Source: an uncultured bacterium (GTDB taxonomy: Bacteria; Zixibacteria; MSB-5A5; JAABVY01; JAHJOQ01). From it: a stretch of 64,000 nt of DNA. The DNA is taken from positions 1 to 64,000 of the forward strand of contig CBDUQR010000011.1 of the NCBI GenBank assembly GCA_965369655.1. Direction: 5' to 3'. The notes under the pieces are model-generated. The model was not told where the DNA came from, did no database searches, and was given only the letters and a program-made list of their open reading frames with translations. Shown one piece after another: positions 43,456 through 52,665 of the stretch (its first letter is position 1; every line of letters starts with the position of its first letter). The position numbers and the translations under genes were made by a program.

Positions 43456-43856
43456 CGTGATGTTCCCTCCCTGCTCTCAGCGACCCGCATCCTGTCGGAA
43501 CTCATCAGGAGTCGTCCAAGGACTTTGAGCAGAATTATCCCGAATAGAAGCGTGAATCCGATCAGCAGCGATGACACAGGCGCGATGTCGGACCTGAGTA
43601 TCAGGTAACCGATGAAATAGAGAACCGGAAACTTGATCGCTGCAAGAATGACAATCGGCTTACGCTTTCTTTCCTCGATAGTTACCGTATGCCTGATAAC
43701 GCCCATCGTGAGCCAGAGGTTGGCGCAACTGAAGAGAAGACCGATGAAAATACCGAGAGAGTAATTCCAGTCGAAATAGTAGGAGCCGAAGACGATTATC
43801 AATGCGCCCACGACGAGTGAGGTTTTGATGACTCTACCGATGAATTCAAGACCCAT
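43452..43856 (-). CDS. atpI: ATP synthase subunit I
   Basis: Four TM helices directly upstream of atpB. Confidence 0.75.
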   Translation of the reverse strand: MGLEFIGRVIKTSLVVGALIIVFGSYYFDWNYSLGIFIGLLFSCANLWLTMGVIRHTVTIEERKRKPIVILAAIKFPVLYFIGYLILRSDIAPVSSLLIGFTLLFGIILLKVLGRLLMSSDRMRVAESREGTSR

Positions 43857-43899
43857 ATCAGTCAGTCCGCAAATCAGTCACAAGACTGGGCGAGAGTGT

Positions 43900-44040
43900 T
43901 AGTGTCGTGTCCCGGATATATGTTCATATATTCTTATGTAGTAGCACGGGCATCCTGCCCGTGAATCATGGGCAAGATGCCCATGCCACGATTTACTTTG
44001 CCGCTTTTTATTATGAATGGATTCCTTGGACATGATAGTA
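43900..44040. repeat. MITE-like element with an internal REP doublet
   Basis: Imperfect ~29-bp terminal IRs; GTAGCACGGGCATCCTGCCCGTG / CATGGGCAAGATGCCCATGCCAC at 43941-43989. Confidence 0.65.
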
Positions 44041-44045
44041 GGTTC

Positions 44046-44282
44046 TTATTCATCCATCTCTTTTGAGACGCGTTTGACAACGTTGTAAACTTCCTTACCG
44101 GCGGCTACAAACCCAAGAATGAGAAACAGATACATCAGGTATGGTTCGGTTCCGAGCAGTCCGTCGAGCCACCTTCCGCCAAAGAATCCGATCAGTGGTC
44201 CGATAGCCAGTATCGCTGGTATGATCCCCAGTAACGATAACTGCCGGTAAAGCTTAAGTTTCTCTTTCTTCTTGTCTTCCAC
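44046..44282 (-). CDS. AtpZ/AtpI family protein
   Basis: GRWLDGLLGTEP motif; first gene of the atp operon. Confidence 0.85.
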   Translation of the reverse strand: MEDKKKEKLKLYRQLSLLGIIPAILAIGPLIGFFGGRWLDGLLGTEPYLMYLFLILGFVAAGKEVYNVVKRVSKEMDE

Positions 44283-44416
44283 GTCTCTAAAATTTCGTTT
44301 GCAACTAAAGATGCACGACAGTCCCTGTCAAGTTTGTTTTGAAAAACATAAACAGACTCACGAGCGGCCTGACTGATGTTGTGGATGGCAGACGTCGCTA
44401 ATAGAAATGCTGTGCT

Positions 44417-44466
44417 GTGGGCGGCAGACCTCCCGGCCAAGTCCTGAGCTTCGAAGGATCTGCCCC
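44417..44466 (+). repeat. family A REP with a GTCCTGAGCTTCGAAGG insert
   Basis: GTGGGCGGCAGACC..GTCCTGAGCTTCGAAGG..TCTGCCCC. Confidence 0.7.
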
Positions 44467-44547
44467 ATCTTAACTGGTCTGGTGGCCCGCCCCTTGGGGT
44501 GGGTTCGTCCTCGTGCACGGCACATGTCCACATGTGCCGGACTTGAA

Positions 44548-45477
44548 TCACATCACATAGTAGTTCCCTAACTCAGCTTCCTTGCTGTTGATCGCTATCA
44601 GCGACTGTGAATTCTCAATGTCTTCCACCAAAACGTGATCATTTGAAGCAAGAGAAGGACCCAGCACAAAACCTAGGAAGGACACCTTGAATACAATGTA
44701 ATGGAAAAGCATGACAACCACTGTCACCATGTCATCCTTTGGCTTAATGTAAACCTTGTGCCACGTCTTGTAATGTCTGGCTGTGAATCTCTCAGTACTT
44801 ACAAGAGGGGTTATCTTCCCATCGACAACAAAATCTCTTACATGGTCAAGCTCCGGCATATAAGCCATATCCCCAAGCAACAGAGACAAGTACTCGAAGG
44901 CCATCAGGGTCATCACTCTATCATTTAGAAACTCCCCTTCACTGAAGTCTTGAAACAGTACATCAGTTCCAACGTTGCTCACTGTTACACCTGGCGTCAG
45001 ATGAAGAAGTCTATTCGGTCGCATGTCACTAACGGTTTGAAGCATCTGCTTAACCACATTCTCGTCAGCTACCTGTTTCTGCAGGATGGCTTCTATATGT
45101 TTCAAGTTCCCTTTTTTATCAAATACGATACTTCCGTCCTTCCGTTTGCTCACGATAACCTTGATACGATCTCTCCTCCCAAGAACGTGTTTGATTGGTT
45201 CTTGATCCTTTACTGGAGCTTCGTAGCTCTGATGTTTCTCGATTCGCTCGTGAATATCAGGTAGTTTACCCCGTAGTTGTCGTACTGCAAATCTAATTGA
45301 TGGGTCAGTCTTTACCTTTGAAATAAGCTGGGAGCCTAAAGTGCTATTACAGCGCTTGCAGAGTATTTTCGCCTGGAACTGGCCTCCGATACTCTCCGGA
45401 ATTATGTGCTCCCAAGAATCAGGATCATCTTTCAGACAGAATAGGCACTTCTCAAATGTGTATTCAAACTTTGCCAT
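44548..45477 (-). CDS. HNH endonuclease domain protein
   Basis: CLFC..EHIIPESIGG..LCKRCNS; AT-richer; start 45477 or 45504. Confidence 0.8.
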   Translation of the reverse strand: MAKFEYTFEKCLFCLKDDPDSWEHIIPESIGGQFQAKILCKRCNSTLGSQLISKVKTDPSIRFAVRQLRGKLPDIHERIEKHQSYEAPVKDQEPIKHVLGRRDRIKVIVSKRKDGSIVFDKKGNLKHIEAILQKQVADENVVKQMLQTVSDMRPNRLLHLTPGVTVSNVGTDVLFQDFSEGEFLNDRVMTLMAFEYLSLLLGDMAYMPELDHVRDFVVDGKITPLVSTERFTARHYKTWHKVYIKPKDDMVTVVVMLFHYIVFKVSFLGFVLGPSLASNDHVLVEDIENSQSLIAINSKEAELGNYYVM

Positions 45478-45701
45478 ATCACGTATATGCAGAATTCCAT
45501 TCATAATACAAGCTAAATCCTCATTCCCATGCTCGTCGGGGCTGTGCCCCGACGTCTCGCAGGAGCACAGCTCCTGCGTGCACAAGACATCGACGGGCGA
45601 GTACGTGAATCGGATGACAGAAGCCAATGAGCTATTGCCCACCTGCTGTGATTTTCCTATACTTCGTTAAATACTACTGATCTTCTCGAAAGGAGACTTC
45701 G

Positions 45702-46181
45702 ATGCGAAAACTGACAGTGATCGTTCTGTTGATCTTAGTAATGTCTACGTGCAGCGCATTTGCAAGAGAAGGCACGTTCGGACTCGGCGTGATGATCGGT
45801 GAACCGACAGGAGTCAGCGGAAAGCTCTGGCTCGGGCGCACGATGGCATTTGACGGTGGCGCGGCATGGTCATTCGGAAAACATAACAGACTGCACATTC
45901 ACGGGGATTATCTCTTCCACACGTTCTCACTGATACCTGTCGAGGTCGGCGATCTGCCGGTCTACTACGGTATCGGCGGGAGGATTCAACTCAGAGATAA
46001 CGACTGGGACGACCGTATCGGTGTGCGCTTTCCGGTAGGCTTGGAGTATATCTTCGAAGATGCACCGCTCGATATTTTCTTCGAGATTGCTCCGATTCTT
46101 GATCTCGCTCCGGAGACCGATCTCGAACTCAACGCCGCAGTCGGAATCAGATACTTCTTCGGCGGAAGAAGCCGCGATTAA
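45702..46181 (+). CDS. small outer membrane beta-barrel protein (DUF3996-like)
   Basis: Signal peptide, GLGVMIGEPTG, GVRFPVG, GIRYFF; SD AAGGAG; TTGCCC-N17-TATACT upstream. Confidence 0.7.
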   Translation: MRKLTVIVLLILVMSTCSAFAREGTFGLGVMIGEPTGVSGKLWLGRTMAFDGGAAWSFGKHNRLHIHGDYLFHTFSLIPVEVGDLPVYYGIGGRIQLRDNDWDDRIGVRFPVGLEYIFEDAPLDIFFEIAPILDLAPETDLELNAAVGIRYFFGGRSRD

Positions 46182-46237
46182 GGCAGGTTCATCGCACCCC
46201 TTACAGACATGAGCGACCCATCAGCAAGTCGTACTTG

Positions 46238-48010
46238 TCACAACACTTGCGAACTGAATTCTCCGGAGCGAGCGAGGGCGACCGGACCAGATGCGGTATC
46301 ATCTCTCGCTGACAACTTGGGAAGACCTTCGATGTATCTGCGCAGATAGACTGTGATACACGTTCCACCGTTGAGGCGCGACTCAACCTCGATACTCCCA
46401 CCGAGGTTCTCGACGATTCTTCGTACAATCGACAGCCCGAGGCCGGTGCCATCTTTCTTGGTCGAGAAAAACGGCTCGAAGAGTTTCATCTCCTGCTCCT
46501 CGGTCATGCCGGGACCGGTGTCGGACACGGTCAGCCTGATCCATTCGAGATTCGACATCGAGTACGCGATCTCAGGTTGATCGTCATAATCATCGACGCC
46601 AACTACGACCGTACCGTTGTCCGTGCCAATTGCCTCCACCGCATTCGCGAGCAGATTCAGCAGGAACTGGGTGAACATCTCTTCATCGCCTGAGATGTAC
46701 TCGGTGGTTTTGCGGGCCTTGTGTTCGAGCTTTATACCTTGATGGTACGATTGATTGTGGCGGACGATCTCGAACGCTCCGAGTATGAGATGGTTGATTT
46801 CGACTTTCGAGAACGACGGCCTTTTCACACGCGTGTAGTCGAGGAACTCGCCCAATATGTTGTTCAGTCTCCCCGATTCCTTCATGATCAGGCTCATCAG
46901 CCGACCGTTTTCGCCTTCGCACTCGAGTTCATGTATCAGGACTTCGACCGAACCCGATATCGCCGCGAGCGGATTTCTGATTTCATGCGCAATCCCGGCG
47001 GCCAGTTCTCCGACAGCGGCGAGCCGGTCAGCCCTTCTCATGCGTTCCTCGATCTCCTTCGCCTTCGTGAGATCCTGGAAGACCGCGACGACCCCTCTGA
47101 CTCCGTATCTGTCGTCGCCCAGCATCGACGTCGATATGCCGACAGGTATGCAGTCACCATCCTTCCTGCGAATCGTTATCTCGCTCCGAATGTCATGCTG
47201 GGAGGACTTCAAAGCGGAGAGTATTTTCTCGGCAAACTCCGGCATTTCTGACCGAAAGACGTCAAGGCAATTCCTTCCCTTAATCCTGGATTCCGAGAAT
47301 CCGGTAATTCTTTCCGCAGCTCGATTGAAGCAGACTATTTTTCCGTGGTTGTTTACGGTAATCAGCCCCGAGTGAAGATACCTGACTATCTCGTCTGTTT
47401 CAAGTCTCGCACGCTCGAGATTCTCGGATGCCGCCAGCAGTTCCCTGTCCTTGGCCCGTACTCGATCCGCAAGATAGCCGGAGATAAATGCCGTCAGGAA
47501 GAAAACGCAAAGGTGCACGAAAACCGTGAAGGATGTCTCGTCGTCAGTCAGGTATACGCTTGCCAACACCCTGATATCGAGTGCAGATCGCAGATCCGTT
47601 CCCGTGCCGAGCCAGATTGTAATGAAATATGCGGCAGAGGCGACTGTCGCGATCAGAAGCGTACCCACGAGCCTGTAGACGAGCGACGCCGAGACAATCG
47701 TCAGCACAAACAGTCCGGCGTATGGACTCGACACACAGCCGGAGTAGTACACGATCACAGCTTCGATATACAGCTCCGTAACAAGCTGCAGCAGGATCAT
47801 CCCCCTGTGGAACACGCTGCGTCGACCGAGCAACAGAGAGACCAGAAACAGCAAAGTCACAAGGCTGTAAACAAAAAGCGGAGCATACAGCTCCAGATGC
47901 GTACGCAACGAAGCTACAATGCTGCCGAAGACCACGAGGAAGATTATCAGCCTGAGCGGCATAAGCCACGTGTTTCTGATATCCGACTGATTGTTCCTGT
48001 CTCGCTTCAT
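46238..48010 (-). CDS. pilS: PilS-like sensor histidine kinase (TM-PAS-HisKA-HATPase)
   Basis: AHEIRNPL, NLLANA, DTGPG, GTGLGL; follows pilC. Confidence 0.8.
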   Translation of the reverse strand: MKRDRNNQSDIRNTWLMPLRLIIFLVVFGSIVASLRTHLELYAPLFVYSLVTLLFLVSLLLGRRSVFHRGMILLQLVTELYIEAVIVYYSGCVSSPYAGLFVLTIVSASLVYRLVGTLLIATVASAAYFITIWLGTGTDLRSALDIRVLASVYLTDDETSFTVFVHLCVFFLTAFISGYLADRVRAKDRELLAASENLERARLETDEIVRYLHSGLITVNNHGKIVCFNRAAERITGFSESRIKGRNCLDVFRSEMPEFAEKILSALKSSQHDIRSEITIRRKDGDCIPVGISTSMLGDDRYGVRGVVAVFQDLTKAKEIEERMRRADRLAAVGELAAGIAHEIRNPLAAISGSVEVLIHELECEGENGRLMSLIMKESGRLNNILGEFLDYTRVKRPSFSKVEINHLILGAFEIVRHNQSYHQGIKLEHKARKTTEYISGDEEMFTQFLLNLLANAVEAIGTDNGTVVVGVDDYDDQPEIAYSMSNLEWIRLTVSDTGPGMTEEQEMKLFEPFFSTKKDGTGLGLSIVRRIVENLGGSIEVESRLNGGTCITVYLRRYIEGLPKLSARDDTASGPVALARSGEFSSQVL

Positions 48011-48066
48011 GGCATAATTAAGCATCTCCGAACCGGGCCGGAGATGCTCAGACTAAGTCCGGTTAT

Positions 48067-49266
48067 CTAATTGATCTGCCCGATAATGTCGAACATCGGC
48101 AGATACATTGCGATCAGTATACCGCCGATCACCGCGCCCATAACGACGATCACCACAGGTTCAATCATCGAGGTGAGAGCCGAGACCGCAGCGTCGACTT
48201 CCTCATCGTAGAAATCGGCGATCTTCGAGAGCATCTCGTCGAGTCCACCGGTCTTTTCACCAACGGAGATCATCTGCACAACCATCGGCGGAAAAACGCC
48301 CGACTCTTTGAGCGGAGCCGTGATGGTATCACCCTCGGCAATCGAGATTGTCGCCTTCTTGATCGCATCGTGAACCACCCTGTTGCCAGCCGTTTTCGCC
48401 GTAGTGTCCAGCGCGTCGAGAATCGACACACCCGACGAAAGGAGCGTTCCGAGAGTCCGGGAGAATCGGGCCACCGCTGTCTTTCTGATCAGTGTCCCGA
48501 TCATCGGAATCCTCAATTTCATCCTATCAATCTGAAGGTGCCCTTTGTCGGTGCGCCCGATAAGCTTGTATGCTACTACAAGGCCGAGCGCAGAGAAGAT
48601 TATGACGCCAAAATGCGAGTTGATCCAGTCCGACAGAGCGAGGACGAACAACGTGGGACCGGGCAACTGAGCGCCGAGGTCCGCAAACATCTTGGCGAAA
48701 GTCGGCACGATGTATTTCAGCATACCGATAGTCGCGCCGAGCGCCACGATCGTCACAACAACCGGATACACGAGCGCACCCTTGACTTTCCTTGCCAGTG
48801 CGTCAGCTTTCTCGCGATAGTTGGCAAGACGGACAAGGATCGTGTCGAGAGCGCCGCCGATTTCTCCAGCCTCCACCATGTTGACATACAGGTCGTCGAA
48901 AACCTTCTTGTGCTTCCGCAATGCCTCAGACAGTGTCGTACCCGACTGCACCGATTCCTTGATCTGCGCTATGATCTTGCGAAGTTCCGGAGCCTCCATC
49001 TGCTCCGCAAGGATGTCGAGACACTGCACCATCGGCAGTCCTGCGCCGATCATCGTCGCAAACTGCCTCGTGAAGCGTGAGATGTGGATCTTCTTGATGC
49101 CGGTGCCGATCTTGATGTTGATGTCGGACGGCTTCCTGCTGATGGAACTGACCAGGATACGATTACTCCTCAGCATCCTTTCCAGCTCACCGCGGTTCTT
49201 AGCTTTTATCTGCCCCTGAACCGCCGACCCGCTGGCCGATTTACCCTTGTATTCGAATACTGGCAA
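48067..49266 (-). CDS. pilC: type IV pilus platform protein PilC
   Basis: FTRQFATM, AGEIGG, VGEKTG, MYLPMF. Confidence 0.93.
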   Translation of the reverse strand: MPVFEYKGKSASGSAVQGQIKAKNRGELERMLRSNRILVSSISRKPSDINIKIGTGIKKIHISRFTRQFATMIGAGLPMVQCLDILAEQMEAPELRKIIAQIKESVQSGTTLSEALRKHKKVFDDLYVNMVEAGEIGGALDTILVRLANYREKADALARKVKGALVYPVVVTIVALGATIGMLKYIVPTFAKMFADLGAQLPGPTLFVLALSDWINSHFGVIIFSALGLVVAYKLIGRTDKGHLQIDRMKLRIPMIGTLIRKTAVARFSRTLGTLLSSGVSILDALDTTAKTAGNRVVHDAIKKATISIAEGDTITAPLKESGVFPPMVVQMISVGEKTGGLDEMLSKIADFYDEEVDAAVSALTSMIEPVVIVVMGAVIGGILIAMYLPMFDIIGQIN

Positions 49267-49296
49267 GGTAACCTCCTTGCTTTTATGTGCGACCTG

Positions 49297-50373
49297 CTAA
49301 ACAGCTACAGCCGACGTCTTTCGTGATATGATCTCGTTGAGCTCAGCCTGGTTGGCGCTCCTCAATAGAGCATCGCCAATCGTGATCTTACGCGCCAGAT
49401 AAAGCTCAGCGAGAGAGTCATTCATGGTTTTCATTCCAAACTTCTGCCCCGACTGTATCATGCTGTAGATCTGGTGAACTTTGTCATCTCGGATGATCGC
49501 GCGAATCGCGGGCGTTGCTGTGAGTATCTCGTTCGCGAGAACTCTACCGCCTCCGATCTTCGGAATCAATTGCTGTACCACAATGGCCTGCACCACAAAC
49601 GAGAGAGTCACCCTCACCTGATCCTGTTGATTGTTCGGGAACACATCTATGATTCTGTTGATCGTTTCTGCGGAGGAATTGGTGTGAAGCGTCGCGAACG
49701 CAAGATGACCGGTCTCGGAAATCTTGATTGCAGATTCGATCGTTTCGAGGTCTCGCATCTCGCCGATGAGAACGACATCGGGATCCTCTCGTAATGCGTA
49801 TTTCAGTGCGCTCGCGAACGACTGAGTATCGGAGAACACTTCCCGCTGATTGACGATACTGTTCTGATGCCGGTGTAGATACTCGATAGGATCTTCCACT
49901 GTCAGGATATGCTCATAGCGTTCACGGTTAATCTTGTCGATTAACGCGGCGAGCGTTGTTGATTTACCGCTGCCCGTCGGGCCGCATATCAGAACGAGAC
50001 CGCGAGGGAGCTTCGAGAACTCCTCAACCGTCTTTGATACTCCGAGTTCTGCGAAACCTTTGATCTTGTATGGAATCTGGCGAAGGGCGACAGCTACGTT
50101 TCCACGCTGAACGAATATGTTGCAGCGGAAACGAGACAAGTTCTCGATACCGAAAGAGAGGTCGAGTTCGCTGGTTTCCTCGAACTTTAGCCGCTGTTTC
50201 TCATTCATCATCGAGTAAGCCAGCTTCTTGGTCAACTCGGGCGTCAGAACATCCATATCGAGCCTGATCAACCCGCCGTCGATTCTCACAACCGGCGGCA
50301 CGCCGACCGTCAGATGCAGATCGGAGGCGTTTTTCTTGATCATTATTTCAAGTAGTTCACGAAGTGAAACCAT
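49297..50373 (-). CDS. pilT: type IV pilus retraction ATPase PilT
   Basis: ASDLHL, GPTGSGKST, LREDPD, AIRAIIRD. Confidence 0.95.
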   Translation of the reverse strand: MVSLRELLEIMIKKNASDLHLTVGVPPVVRIDGGLIRLDMDVLTPELTKKLAYSMMNEKQRLKFEETSELDLSFGIENLSRFRCNIFVQRGNVAVALRQIPYKIKGFAELGVSKTVEEFSKLPRGLVLICGPTGSGKSTTLAALIDKINRERYEHILTVEDPIEYLHRHQNSIVNQREVFSDTQSFASALKYALREDPDVVLIGEMRDLETIESAIKISETGHLAFATLHTNSSAETINRIIDVFPNNQQDQVRVTLSFVVQAIVVQQLIPKIGGGRVLANEILTATPAIRAIIRDDKVHQIYSMIQSGQKFGMKTMNDSLAELYLARKITIGDALLRSANQAELNEIISRKTSAVAV

Positions 50374-50394
50374 GGTATATCTCTCCAGCTATGA

Positions 50395-52113
50395 TTACTT
50401 GTCAACCTCATTATTCTGATCGACCGCGGATGTGGCCAGCACCTCCGCGACCGTCGTCAGACCTTTCCTGAGTTTCTGGAGGGCTGCATGTCTCAGGGTC
50501 AGCATCCCTTCCTCGCAGGCCTTCGCGCGTATTTCAGGCACCGTAGCACCATCGAGGATCATTCTTTCGATCTCGGAGGAGATCGTCATCACCTCGAAGA
50601 TGCCGCTCCTGCCGGTGTATCCCGTATCGCTGCATTCTTTGCATCCGCGCGATTCGAAAACCTCGAAGCCATCTATCTCATCCTCCGGAACGCCCAGCCT
50701 CCGAAGCTGGTCCGGTTCGATATTCACTTTCCGTTTGCATTTCTGACAGACCAGCCGAACCATCCGCTGAGCCATAATCAGCTTTGTGGAAGATGCCACC
50801 AGGAAAGGCGGAATACCCATATCGATCAGACGGCTGATCGTAGATGGCGCGTCATTGGTATGGACAGTCGAGAATACCAGGTGACCGGTCAGTGCTGCTC
50901 GAATCGCTATCTCCGCAGTTTCCGAATCTCGAATCTCACCGACCATGATGATGTCCGGGTCCTGCCTCAGAAATGATCTGAGCGAGGCGGCAAATGTCAG
51001 CCCGATATTCGATCGCACCGCCACCTGGTTGATCCCGTCGAAGTTGAACTCGACCGGATCCTCAGCAGTCATGATGTTGACATCCACAGTGTTGAGCTGT
51101 TTCAACGCCGAATACAGCGTTGTCGTCTTGCCCGATCCCGTAGGTCCGGTCACAAGTATGATCCCGAACGGAAGATGGATAGTCTTCTTGAACGCATTGA
51201 GCGAACGCTCCTCGAACCCGAGCCGGGTCATATCGACCATCAGCGTCTTGGAATCGAGGATTCGCATCACGACTTTCTCTCCGAAAATCGTAGGCAGCAC
51301 GGAGACTCGCAGATCAACCGTCCTGTCGCCGATCTTCACCTTGATTCTGCCGTCCTGTGGAAGCCGCCTCTCCGAGATATCGAGATCCGCCATGATCTTG
51401 ACACGCGATATGATGGCGGCACGATACCTAAAAGGCAGCGGCGCCATCTCCATGAGCTTTCCATCCTTGCGAAACCTGACCCTGATGCGTTTCTCATAAC
51501 ATTCGATATGGATATCGGAAACTCCCTTGCGGATAGCGTCAGAGATAATCGAATCGACAAGCTTCACCAGCGGCTTGTCCTGAACCTGCGACTGAAGATC
51601 CTGGTCCGACAGCACATCATCCTGCGACTCGACCACCTCGAGATCCGACTCCTCTATGTCCCTCAGGATTTCGGAGAATCCATCCGACTCGACATAGTAC
51701 TGGTCAATCGACTTTGAGATCGCGCTTTCCGGCGAAATCACCGGCTGGATATTGCAGCCCGTGATAAACTTGATCGCATCAAGTACGTAGATATTGCTCG
51801 GATCACTGATCGCGACCACAAGCGACCTGTTGATCTTGGAAACCGCTATGACACTGAACTTGCGCGCAATATCGACAGGAATCAGCTTCACGATATCGGG
51901 GTTGAGTTCGACGTCAGTCAGCCTTATCGCCCCGATATTCAACTGCTTGCCGATGAAAGTTGAGATTTCATCCTCATCGGAGACTGCGCCGAGTCGTACG
52001 AGAATCTCCTCTAACCTGCCCTGACCGGACTCGAAAAGTCCTACCGCTTTCGTAAGCTGCTCTTCGCTGATCTTGCCAGCGTTTAGCAGCATTGTGCCGA
52101 GTTCGCTCTCCAT
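50395..52113 (-). CDS. pilB: type IV pilus assembly ATPase PilB
   Basis: LGTMLLNAGKISEEQL N-terminus, GPTGSGKTT, RQDPD, CxxC..CxxC. Confidence 0.95.
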   Translation of the reverse strand: MESELGTMLLNAGKISEEQLTKAVGLFESGQGRLEEILVRLGAVSDEDEISTFIGKQLNIGAIRLTDVELNPDIVKLIPVDIARKFSVIAVSKINRSLVVAISDPSNIYVLDAIKFITGCNIQPVISPESAISKSIDQYYVESDGFSEILRDIEESDLEVVESQDDVLSDQDLQSQVQDKPLVKLVDSIISDAIRKGVSDIHIECYEKRIRVRFRKDGKLMEMAPLPFRYRAAIISRVKIMADLDISERRLPQDGRIKVKIGDRTVDLRVSVLPTIFGEKVVMRILDSKTLMVDMTRLGFEERSLNAFKKTIHLPFGIILVTGPTGSGKTTTLYSALKQLNTVDVNIMTAEDPVEFNFDGINQVAVRSNIGLTFAASLRSFLRQDPDIIMVGEIRDSETAEIAIRAALTGHLVFSTVHTNDAPSTISRLIDMGIPPFLVASSTKLIMAQRMVRLVCQKCKRKVNIEPDQLRRLGVPEDEIDGFEVFESRGCKECSDTGYTGRSGIFEVMTISSEIERMILDGATVPEIRAKACEEGMLTLRHAALQKLRKGLTTVAEVLATSAVDQNNEVDK

Positions 52114-52160
52114 GCGGAAAGATTCCTTCCTCTAACTCTGCTTCAGGTCGACAGGGCCCT

Positions 52161-52649
52161 TTAGTCGTGGAAAATGTCGTCCAGTTTATCCCCCGCCGAC
52201 GCGGTGAATTCGTCAGTCAGCCCTTCGGCATCGGAGTGGTCCTTCTCGAGACTCTCCGCGAATATCTGATCGAGATCAGTCGAGGCTTCCTTTGCGTAAA
52301 GCCGAACCATCCCGATCGTAGTGCGGTCGTCGAAAACGACCACGAGGATACTGCGATCACCCACGAGAGACATGTGTATGTGATCGCGCTTGCCCTGGTG
52401 GAAGAGTACCGAGAATTCCGGTTCGCCCACCAGACGCGCAATCTCCCTTGTCGAGGCAAAGCTGCCCGCCAGCAGAGCTGCAAGTGAGGTGGTATCCAGA
52501 GACTGGGTGAATCCCTGCCTGGTCACGAGGTGACCATCCTTGTCAACCAGAAGAGCGCACTTCGCTTCCGAACCCTTCAGAAGCCTCTTCAGCGCGAGAT
52601 TAATCTTCTCGGTCTCCGCCTGATAGATGATTAAACTGTCGTCTGTCAC
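52161..52649 (-). CDS. mglB: MglB roadblock/LC7 GTPase-activating protein
   Basis: LVDKDG, DTTSLAAL, FHQG, GMVRL, acidic C-terminal helix, as in Myxococcus MglB; SD AGGAGG. Confidence 0.88.
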   Translation of the reverse strand: MTDDSLIIYQAETEKINLALKRLLKGSEAKCALLVDKDGHLVTRQGFTQSLDTTSLAALLAGSFASTREIARLVGEPEFSVLFHQGKRDHIHMSLVGDRSILVVVFDDRTTIGMVRLYAKEASTDLDQIFAESLEKDHSDAEGLTDEFTASAGDKLDDIFHD

Positions 52650-52665
52650 GATCTATCCTCCTGAT

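Noticed and set aside
45505-45642. N-terminal extension of the HNH ORF
   Set aside because: Runs through hairpin repeats and the divergent promoter
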